The notes under the pieces were generated by a model. That model worked only from the letters and a program-made list of their open reading frames with translations. It was not told the origin of the DNA and searched no databases. A stretch of 64,000 nucleotides of DNA from Laetmonice hystrix (taxonomy: Eukaryota). Below are positions 1 to 8,996 of this stretch, in pieces. The stretch spans positions 48,734,001 through 48,798,000 of the forward strand of contig OZ249436.1 of assembly GCA_965235115.1 (NCBI GenBank), in the 5' to 3' direction. Position numbers and translations under genes: made by a program. Position 1 is the first letter of the stretch; the number at the start of each line of letters is the position of its first letter.

Positions 1-67
1 TCAGGTCGTCCCAATGACTGTTTGCCGTCAAGGTTTAGTTAGCAATGGCAAATGACGTTGTACGCCT

Positions 68-639
68 TGGTTCGCGCATGGGCATTGGTGACAAGAGACT
101 TGAGGTTGCTTCTAATATCTTTATTAAGCACACAACGTGTAGCCTAACGTAAGAAATTCTGAAATCAGAGTAGGATACGCCTTAGTCCGCGGTTACACAC
201 AAACCATGTACATGTATATGCATTTAGATAATCTCGGTAGAACCTTTACAATATCTTTAGATATGACCTCGTGACAACATACGTAGGCCTATGTAACCTA
301 AGTACAATGTAGGCCTAAGTTAAATACAACTGATGTTTCCATTTGCTCCTTTATATATTACATAGCACAAAATATCCCTCAGGATGATACAATGCATACA
401 ATGATATAACTAACCTGAAGAGTTGACCTCCTTGGGGAATACAGGTACGCAGATATAAATTCACATGTTGAACAACTGATAGAAAACGCGTCTATCTCGT
501 TCCGTACATCGTCTCTTACTGGCGGTTACAGGTTTGAAACTGGAATGTCACGTGACTCGGGTCACGTGACCTACAGCGGTAGTGTCACCTAGCGGGGTTG
601 AAGGTAATTAACACTGGATAACACTGTTCGCGCGGAACA
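68..639 (-). repeat. 3' LTR of the BEL/Pao element
   Basis: 572 bp, matches 6214-6785; AATAAA on minus strand at 120-125. Confidence 0.96.
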
Positions 640-665
640 ACCCTCCCGGGCCCGACAAATTAGCA

Positions 666-3600
666 TTATGTTTGACTCTCTAAAATCACACAACATCTCT
701 GAACAGAACGCTTGTATTCACCAGTCTTTGTACGCACCTTTACATTTCTGACAATACCGTCATCACCTGGGAATACCTCCATGACTTTTGCTAGATCCCA
801 CTTACCACGTGGGGTATCACGATTTGTTAATGATACAACATCTCCTACACAAACTTGCCTCCCCTTTAATCTCCACTTTGACCGTCTCATCAGGGTAGGG
901 ACATACTCCTGTATGAACCGGTTCCAGATGCGATCCACGAGTGCTTGCACAAACTCGAATCTTTTATGGAGATTCTTGGTCTCTTCGAAGGGTCCCTGCG
1001 GGATCTCTGCAGTGGCGCGTCCCAGGACGAAGTGATTAGGCGTCAGGGGTTGGGGATCGTTTGGATCTTCTGAAGACTGTGAGATAGGTCGAGAATTCAC
1101 TAAACACTCAACCTCGGCGAACACTGTAGACATTTCGTTCCAGGTGAGAGTCTGCTCGCCGATCGCTCCTTTGATGGCGGACTTTACTTGCTTGATCAGA
1201 CTTTCATAGAAGCCTCCTTGGTGTGGGCTGAGAGGCGTTATGAACTTCCATTTGACCTTGTGGAGCATCGCAAACTCCTGTAAGCGCTTCCTCCCCTCCG
1301 TGACCAGTTTCTTCAGCTCCTTTTCAGCTCCAACGAAAGATGAACCATTGTCGGAGATAATTGTAGATGGCCATCCATGGTGTGCGACAAATCGCCGCAA
1401 GGCTTGCAAGAATGCTGGTGTAGACAAGTTTTCCACGATCTCTACATGAACGGCTCTTACGGTTGCACAGGTGAAGATTGCTCCCCATGCTTTGATGGTC
1501 TTGTTCCTCCCGTACTTCAGAAGGAATGGCCCAAATAGATCGACTCCTGTCGTCGTGAAGGGCGGGGCGAACGTCTTTAAACGATCAGCAGGGAGATCCG
1601 CCATGAGTGTTGTGTGGGCTGGTTGACGTAACTTCCTGCATACAACACAACTTCTCACCGTTTGCTTTGCCAGGTTCCTCCCCTTCGTTATCCAGAATTG
1701 TCGCCTGCTGTGACATAGCGTCCTCTCCGAGCCGGGATGACCTAACTTCTGGTGGATGTCCCTCACGATCAACTTAGATACTGTGTGTGATGCTGGAATG
1801 AGTACAGGGTGGACTTGATCGTAGTCCAGTGTTGATCTTCTCAGCCGCCCTCCAACTCTAACGATATCTTCCTCCAGGAATGGGGTAAGGCTGGCGTAGT
1901 CTTTCCAGTCACCTAGGCTCCCTTGGGCTATGGATACCCAATACTTCTCTGCTGCCTCCAGCTCGTCTGGTGACAAGGTGTCGGTTGTTCTTCTGGAGTC
2001 AACCCTGTTTCTCATGTTGTGAACTGCGCGCTTAACCCATGCTGTAACTCTCACTAGTCTTTGCCAACTAGAGTATCTGCCGCAGTCAATGGGTGGGGTT
2101 GTCTTCGCTGAAGCATAGAGTGGTTTGGGACTCCTCAGTTCTGGATCCTTCTCTTGAACGTGTACTGCTGTCTGCACTGGCCAGTCCTGCTTTGGCATTC
2201 TGAGGAATGGAGGGCCATGTATCCATCGTCCACTCAGTTGGTGCACTGTTAAGCCTCTGCTGAGGTCGTCTGCGGGATTGAGTTCCGTCGGGACGAAGTT
2301 CCACTTTGTTGGATCCCAAGTGGATTGTATCTCCGCGACTCGAACGCCGACGAATGGCTTCATTGCTATGGACGCTGACAGTAACCAGTGGAGGACGATG
2401 CTGGAGTCTGTCCACAAGTAGACTGTCGGCTTTTCTCGGAGTTCAGTCACGACTGACTTGGCCAATCTCGATGCTATAAGTGCGGCCATCAACTCCAGGC
2501 GGGGTATGGTCGTCTGGCGTAGTGGAGCCACTCTAGCCTTGGCAGTCAATAGGCGGACAGTGGCGCCGCTTGGTGTGTGCCACAGCATGTAGGCGACGGC
2601 TCCATATGCTGAAATGCTGGCGTCGGCGAAGACATGTAGCTCTGGATCCCACGCAGGTCCGTGTGGCTTCACGCACCTGGGGAACTGTACGTCTTCTAGA
2701 TTCTTTAGGTCTGTGAATAAGTCACTCCAGTGATGAGCGACTTCTGGTTGTAGGGGATCATCCCACTTCACGTCTTCCAACCTCCACACGTGTTGCATGG
2801 CGATTCTTGCTCGGATCGTGACTGCAGACGCGAGACCAAGTGGGTCATAAATCATCGACATCCTCGACAATACACTTCGTTTCGTGAATAAGCGTTCATC
2901 ACTCTTCACCTTGAATCCAATGGTGTCTGTTTTTGGATCCCAACAAACGCCAAGCGTTTTGACGCTCTCTTCTCCGTCCAGGCAGACTGTCTCGGCAGGT
3001 GGCGCTCCACGTGTGCTGGAATCCAGGGGCGTGGCGTGTTTTGCAGGCGTCGAGATGAACCAGCTTTTCACCTTGAAACTCCCAGTTGCCAGGACTCCAT
3101 CCACTTCTGCCATCTGTTTGCTTGCTAGTTCTTGACTGGAACAAGAACTGATCAGGTCATCCATGTACCGTCCGTCTTGAAGGATTTCTGCTGCGTATGG
3201 GGCTGTGTCTTTGTACTGCTCGGCTATTTTTAGCAGTACAAAGCTGGCCATGTCTGGTGAAGGCTTATCACCGAATGTTACCCTCGTAAGTCGGTACACG
3301 CCGGGCCGTTTGCTGGCGTCCATGTTTCTCCACAGAAACCGATGCATCTGGCTGTCTTGCTCTGGTATACATATTTGTAGGAACATCTTGCTGATATCGC
3401 CTACAAACGCCACTGTCTCCTCGCGGAACCTAAGGAGAACCGCCAGTAGGTCCCCTATCAGACACGGTCCTTTGTGCAGAAACGAGTTGAGAGAAACACC
3501 GCTGTATGTGCAGGCTGGGTCAAAGACGACTCGTAATGGCGTACTGGGTTTGTCTGGTCTGTAAACTGCATGGTGTGGCAGGTAGTACTTGGGGCTCGTC

Positions 3601-6128
3601 TTGTCATTTAATTCCTCCTGTGTGAGGGGCACCGCCCATCCATTGATGAGATATTCCTCCATGGCTTTCTTATACGCTTCTCCACGGTTGGGCTTCTTTG
3701 AGAGGCTATGCTCGAGAGATTGTAGTCGCTTCTCCGCTAACTTGTAGTTGTCGGGAAGATCTGCAGGATTCTTCTTCCATGGCAGGCCGATCACGTAACG
3801 ATCTCCATTCTTCTGGAAGGATGACTCCATCAGCTTCATCGCCTTCATGTCTTCTCTGGAGATAGGAAGCACTGGGCATGTACAGTCAGGGGCGCGCACT
3901 CCAAGTGCCTCCAGATCGTAGAACTTACTAAGATCCGTTTTCTGTACAAAGTTGACAGAGATCCTGGACAGCTGGGATCTTCCTGTTCCGGACACCATCC
4001 ACCCTAATCTTGTGCGTTTACCGAGTGGCTCGAAGTTGATCCCCTGCCGGACTTCCTCCTCGGCGTGCAGGTGGGTGTATTGTACTCCAAGTACTAGGTC
4101 AACTGGTCCTGCCTTGTGCGCGAACTGGATACCGTCCAGGTGTGGAAACGAGGCCAACCACTCACGATCCAACGGAGGGACGCTAGCAACGGTCTTGTCA
4201 ATTTCATGGGCTTCCACTTGGTATTCCTCTCCACCGCTGCATGGCGCTACCCAGAATCGCACTCTCCTGCTATCCATCTGGTCGACTGTCTCTCCTCCTG
4301 CCACGGAGAGGCCTAATGGTTCTCGCTTACCCTGGAGGCCGAGAGACTTGGCGAACTCTCTCCTTATGATTGTGGTCGCAGCTCCACTGTCTACGAGGAC
4401 ATTCCCTTCTCGGGTCCTTCCGTTTGCCGCTCGGAAACGAACTCTTACCACAGGTAGGATCCCGTCGCTGTCTAACGCCGACGTAGGCGTAATACCGCTG
4501 ACGCTGGGGGGATCCACGTGAAGCAGGTGGTGGTGGGTCTTTGTACATCCTCCTTTTGTGCACTTTCTCTGGGAACGACACTCCTGTGTCACGTGACCCT
4601 TCACAAGGCAGGCGTAGCACAGTTTGTTGTCCCTAACGAACTGCATCCTTTGAGCTATGGGTGAGTCTGCAAACGTTGGACAGTCTGACAGCCTATGCTT
4701 TTCTTTACACATATAGCAGGATACGGACGTCTTTCCCTGACTGGGTAGGTTTTGTGTGGCGTTGACACCTTTACGTCGCTCTCTCTCCCACGGGGTGGTC
4801 GATCGTGTCTCCACCTTGTGGCTGGTGTCGAGATCTCCAAAATCCGGATCGAAGTCGGCCTTGACTTGTTTCCGGATGAAGTCACTGATGTGTGTCAGAC
4901 TCGGAATTTGGCCCCTCTCCCTGATGTCGGCTACGGCTCCTTTCCACTTCGTTATCAAGTAGTCTGGTAGTCGCTGGACGATGTGACGTAAGTTCTCCAC
5001 GGCATTTATGTCAGAGAAATAGCTGATTCGCTGTAAGGTAGCAAGACAATTAACGACATCAAGAGAATATACACGTAGACCCTGCCTGTCACCTGACACA
5101 AGTTTGCGACCTTTCACTAGCTTGCTAATAAAAGCCCTGGCAATCACACTTTTCTGTCCGAACTGTTCCTGTAACAGTTTAAGTGCGGTAGCATACATGA
5201 CACCACTCGAACCAAGACCTGAAATGGCTCGCTCTGCTTCACCAGTTACATGCATTTTAAGTTGAATCATTCTGGTATCATCTGACAAGTGACGCTTGTT
5301 GTGTACATGAACTTTAAAGCTTTCAATAAACTCGACATAACATAACGCACTGCCATCAAACTTTCTCAATTGTACTGCAGGAATGTCTTTACTCGCTTCG
5401 AGTCGGTATAACGCATCTGCTACGGACATCTCATGGGATACATGGGATATCGGAAATACAGTCTCTGAGAACTCCACAAGATCGTCGATCCATTGATCAA
5501 AAGGTGGTACTGTCTCTGGTTGCCGCGTGTCACTACTCACACGGCTGCCGGTAGGTGGCACCTGCTCATGCCTGGGAGTCGCTGATGTCACCCCACCGCT
5601 ATAGGGTGCCGCTGCTGTTGTCTGGCGGGGGCTTGACACCTCGGTTGTTATTTCTGGCGCTGGGGCTGGCACCGTCGCTGGCGTCGTCCGACTGCTAGGG
5701 GGTGGCGCTGGCGCCGGTGGTGGTGTTACTGTGCTTGCGCCATGGGGCTGGTTGGCGCCATTGAGCGTAGCAAACTTGTCCTCTACTTCTTCTTGAAGAC
5801 TTTGAAATTCATCTAATAAATCGGCTTCCCATTTGTCTAGTTTGTGAGCCTCAGCGTCGGGAGTAAACTCATACAGCTCACCATTCACATCGCATGCAGC
5901 ATCAACGTCTTTCCGTAGGTCGCCTACCTCTGTTCGCATCCTACGTTGGTTTATATCTGGCACCTGAAGTGATGTACGTATGCGCCTAATTGTTCTGGTT
6001 ATTTTCGCCCGGAGGCGCTTCCTACGACCCTTCATCGGCTCGGCTGTATCATTGTCGACATGGCCCGTTTCACCGTGCTCGTGAACCGCTGCCTCGACCT
6101 CCATCTGCCCTGTATGCCTTGTGCTCAT
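666..6128 (-). CDS. BEL/Pao gag-pol polyprotein, 1820 aa (gag, 3 zinc knuckles, aspartic protease, RT, RNase H, integrase)
   Basis: Uninterrupted ORF. Gag core (KFDGS...F..SF), knuckles CYMCKEKHRLSDC / CYACLVKGHVTQEC / CTKGGCTKTHHHLLH, protease LVDSGA, RT YLPHH, GDISKMFLQI, FGDKPSP, YMDD, RNase H FADAS/TIPRLEL/WTDS/NPAD, integrase H-H-C-C plus GVDLFGP, SDNG, GGFYE and C-terminal PLTPNHF. Confidence 0.97.
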   Translation of the reverse strand: MSTRHTGQMEVEAAVHEHGETGHVDNDTAEPMKGRRKRLRAKITRTIRRIRTSLQVPDINQRRMRTEVGDLRKDVDAACDVNGELYEFTPDAEAHKLDKWEADLLDEFQSLQEEVEDKFATLNGANQPHGASTVTPPPAPAPPPSSRTTPATVPAPAPEITTEVSSPRQTTAAAPYSGGVTSATPRHEQVPPTGSRVSSDTRQPETVPPFDQWIDDLVEFSETVFPISHVSHEMSVADALYRLEASKDIPAVQLRKFDGSALCYVEFIESFKVHVHNKRHLSDDTRMIQLKMHVTGEAERAISGLGSSGVMYATALKLLQEQFGQKSVIARAFISKLVKGRKLVSGDRQGLRVYSLDVVNCLATLQRISYFSDINAVENLRHIVQRLPDYLITKWKGAVADIRERGQIPSLTHISDFIRKQVKADFDPDFGDLDTSHKVETRSTTPWERERRKGVNATQNLPSQGKTSVSCYMCKEKHRLSDCPTFADSPIAQRMQFVRDNKLCYACLVKGHVTQECRSQRKCTKGGCTKTHHHLLHVDPPSVSGITPTSALDSDGILPVVRVRFRAANGRTREGNVLVDSGAATTIIRREFAKSLGLQGKREPLGLSVAGGETVDQMDSRRVRFWVAPCSGGEEYQVEAHEIDKTVASVPPLDREWLASFPHLDGIQFAHKAGPVDLVLGVQYTHLHAEEEVRQGINFEPLGKRTRLGWMVSGTGRSQLSRISVNFVQKTDLSKFYDLEALGVRAPDCTCPVLPISREDMKAMKLMESSFQKNGDRYVIGLPWKKNPADLPDNYKLAEKRLQSLEHSLSKKPNRGEAYKKAMEEYLINGWAVPLTQEELNDKTSPKYYLPHHAVYRPDKPSTPLRVVFDPACTYSGVSLNSFLHKGPCLIGDLLAVLLRFREETVAFVGDISKMFLQICIPEQDSQMHRFLWRNMDASKRPGVYRLTRVTFGDKPSPDMASFVLLKIAEQYKDTAPYAAEILQDGRYMDDLISSCSSQELASKQMAEVDGVLATGSFKVKSWFISTPAKHATPLDSSTRGAPPAETVCLDGEESVKTLGVCWDPKTDTIGFKVKSDERLFTKRSVLSRMSMIYDPLGLASAVTIRARIAMQHVWRLEDVKWDDPLQPEVAHHWSDLFTDLKNLEDVQFPRCVKPHGPAWDPELHVFADASISAYGAVAYMLWHTPSGATVRLLTAKARVAPLRQTTIPRLELMAALIASRLAKSVVTELREKPTVYLWTDSSIVLHWLLSASIAMKPFVGVRVAEIQSTWDPTKWNFVPTELNPADDLSRGLTVHQLSGRWIHGPPFLRMPKQDWPVQTAVHVQEKDPELRSPKPLYASAKTTPPIDCGRYSSWQRLVRVTAWVKRAVHNMRNRVDSRRTTDTLSPDELEAAEKYWVSIAQGSLGDWKDYASLTPFLEEDIVRVGGRLRRSTLDYDQVHPVLIPASHTVSKLIVRDIHQKLGHPGSERTLCHSRRQFWITKGRNLAKQTVRSCVVCRKLRQPAHTTLMADLPADRLKTFAPPFTTTGVDLFGPFLLKYGRNKTIKAWGAIFTCATVRAVHVEIVENLSTPAFLQALRRFVAHHGWPSTIISDNGSSFVGAEKELKKLVTEGRKRLQEFAMLHKVKWKFITPLSPHQGGFYESLIKQVKSAIKGAIGEQTLTWNEMSTVFAEVECLVNSRPISQSSEDPNDPQPLTPNHFVLGRATAEIPQGPFEETKNLHKRFEFVQALVDRIWNRFIQEYVPTLMRRSKWRLKGRQVCVGDVVSLTNRDTPRGKWDLAKVMEVFPGDDGIVRNVKVRTKTGEYKRSVQRCCVILESQT

Positions 6129-6213
6129 TTTCCTCGTCTATCCCCGCTAACCAAACGAGTCTTCAACTGTCTGCTGAGTCGACACAAATAGACTCCTCTT
6201 CTCTTCAGAAATT

Positions 6214-6785
6214 TGGTTCGCGCATGGGCATTGGTGACAAGAGACTTGAGGTTGCTTCTAATATCTTTATTAAGCACACAACGTGTAGCCTAACGTAAGA
6301 AATTCTGAAATCAGAGTAGGATACGCCTTAGTCCGCGGTTACACACAAACCATGTACATGTATATGCATTTAGATAATCTCGGTAGAACCTTTACAATAT
6401 CTTTAGATATGACCTCGTGACAACATACGTAGGCCTATGTAACCTAAGTACAATGTAGGCCTAAGTTAAATACAACTGATGTTTCCATTTGCTCCTTTAT
6501 ATATTACATAGCACAAAATATCCCTCAGGATGATACAATGCATACAATGATATAACTAACCTGAAGAGTTGACCTCCTTGGGGAATACAGGTACGCAGAT
6601 ATAAATTCACATGTTGAACAACTGATAGAAAACGCGTCTATCTCGTTCCGTACATCGTCTCTTACTGGCGGTTACAGGTTTGAAACTGGAATGTCACGTG
6701 ACTCGGGTCACGTGACCTACAGCGGTAGTGTCACCTAGCGGGGTTGAAGGTAATTAACACTGGATAACACTGTTCGCGCGGAACA
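6214..6785 (-). repeat. 5' LTR of the BEL/Pao element
   Basis: 572 bp, matches 68-639; ends 85 nt upstream of the gag ATG (6128). Confidence 0.96.
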
Positions 6786-6982
6786 CGCCTTCTCTATATC
6801 AGATATCCCATCCCCAAAATAACAAACAAACAAAGAAAGATTATTTGGTGGTCGAGCAGGACAATGGACCCTCCCCCTACACACATCTTTTTGAAATGAG
6901 ACGGAATCCATATTTTCCTAGTTAGAGCTAGACATGGTTTCTACCGAACATTGACTGTTAAGGTAATCCTGGCACTGGCGTA

Positions 6983-7470
6983 GACTGTATTTTTCTTTTG
7001 AAATGCACGGGCATCAGGGGTAACCCAATTACTTTGACAATGTCCCTAAAGAGAAAAGTTGTATAGTCCTCTACAGGAGTCGAACCCCGTACTGTTTGCC
7101 CTCACTGTATTGTTTGGCCTCACTCCACTGTTTGCTTGCATACAACAGTAGCCAGTAGTGTAGGGACGCCTCACTGTACTGTTTGGCCTCACTGTACTGT
7201 TTGCCCTCACTGTACTGTTTGGCCTCACTGGTTACATAGGGGCCTAATCACTACAGTTAGGTCGGCTATACAGGGCCCTAATCATTACATTCAGGTGGAA
7301 TACATAAGGACCTAATCACTTTTAGGGACATTGTCAAAGTAATTGGTTTACCCCTGATGCCCGTGCATTTCAAAGGAAAAATACAGTCAGGTGGGGTAGG
7401 CTATATAGGGCCCTAATCACTAGTCAGGTGGGGTATAAAGGTTCCTAATCACTACAGGCAGGTGGCGTAT
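6983..7470. repeat. ~65-bp inverted pair mixed with 18-bp and ~31-bp tandem repeats
   Basis: 6983-7050 is the reverse complement of 7321-7388; (tttggcctcactgtactg)n at ~7090-7230 and (gggccctaatcactacagtcaggtgg...)n at ~7238-7470. Confidence 0.75.
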
Positions 7471-8996
7471 ATGGGTCATAATTTTGCACCATGTACAATT
7501 GATATAAATGGTATAAATTTGAAACAGTGTATTTTTTCCAATTATTGCTTGATTTGCTGAGGTGTCCACATAGGTGGGCATGTCCTCTCCAAATTTCATC
7601 AAGATATCTCAAAACCTCACCGAGTTATGATTATTGACTTACAGGTACCTAAATGAGACACAACCATGTGCGACCTTTCAATGGTTACACACAGATAACG
7701 CATAACCTTACTAGTAGAATCATGTAACAACAGAAATTGATAGACTGAAAGAGAGGGTCAGATTGTTGCGCTCCATAGTGCCTGTGCCATGTCGGGTTTC
7801 CCAATGGATGTCGGGTTTCCCAATGGGCCCGTTTCACTAAGCTGGCGACGTCGCCCGTTATATAAATGTCGCCCGGTGCGGCCAACGTTAAAGCAATGGG
7901 GAACGTCGCCAGAACAAGCCTCATAATATTTTCCATGGCATTTCAGGTGGGCGTACCGCAATTCCGACTGGGGGCGCCGTAAGGCCCTCCCCGAAAATAT
8001 TTTGGATTTTGGTCTCTTCTGGGAGCACCCGTCTTCTGGGAACATAATATAGCAGTTTTAGAGTGCCTATTTTATATGCGAATTCTTCATGATACAAATA
8101 AATGTATACGAAAATATTTTCAGATCACATTTCAAGCACAAAAGAAACTTTCATATCTATTTTATTAAAAATTTATTCAACTACCTTGGACAGCCGCGTT
8201 TGTTTTGAACGTCCTGTTGAAGGCTCAGTTTGTGTGGCTGGTAGTGCATTATTCAGTCACTTGGCCTCACCCCCCTCCCCAATGTTCATTCTCAGCGGAT
8301 CGTTGGCAATCTCATGGGGTCTTATTTCAGCTTAAAAAAACTATTTCCGGAAAAAGCTGGAACAATCACATCCCTGAAAAGATAACTCCTACGTTTCTTT
8401 AGTCAGAATCCTCCCCCTCCCCTCGGACTGCTAGGAGTAGGCGGCCTAAATATCTCCGTTCTCGGAAGCACGTGCATTACAGCCCTTTCTTTATGACTTT
8501 ATTATGTTACTAGGTTTATCACAGTTTATCATTCAACTGTACATAGCAGCCTGTGTTGCGACTGACCTAGGCTAAGTTACATCCTAAGTAAGGAATCATT
8601 TTCGTAGGTTTGCAGAATATCAGTTCTCCTGTCGGGGGAGTTCGACCACATCTTGTCTACCAATGGCGACTTGAAAAGGCGCCCGAAAAATATGGTAACT
8701 CTGTTCTTTATATGTAAGCGTTGATACACCAACCCTTAGCCCATCATCAACAACGCTTAATCAAGCTTATTTCTCTATGAAAACTTTGTTGTTCTTTTGT
8801 CATAAAAACATACTGACGAAACGAACATTGAAAGGCAATTTCATTGCGAAAAAAATCATAACAGCATACGCTATAAAGATATTTCAATGGTATCTTTTAC
8901 TCAGGCACTATTACCAATAATATTATTAACAAAGGCCCGACAAAACTGTCAATTGATACTCGTGACTTTGGTTAGATTTGCTTCCCTCCGTCATGT

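Larger units (their letters stand above)
68..6785 (-). mobile_element. Full-length BEL/Pao LTR retrotransposon
   Basis: Direct repeats 68-639 and 6214-6785 (572 bp each, TG...CA termini) flanked by the 5-bp target-site duplication CGCCT (63-67 and 6786-6790); single gag-pol ORF with BEL/Pao domain order; purine-rich GGGAGGG (PPT-like) next to the 3' LTR on the minus strand. Confidence 0.97.

Noticed and set aside
712..6298. Short ORFs overlapping the gag-pol ORF
   Set aside because: Antisense or alternative-frame shadows with no recognisable motifs.
7685..8045. ORFs 7685-7936 (signal-peptide-like start) and 7758-8045
   Set aside because: Lie in repeat-like palindromic sequence; no domain or supporting exon structure.
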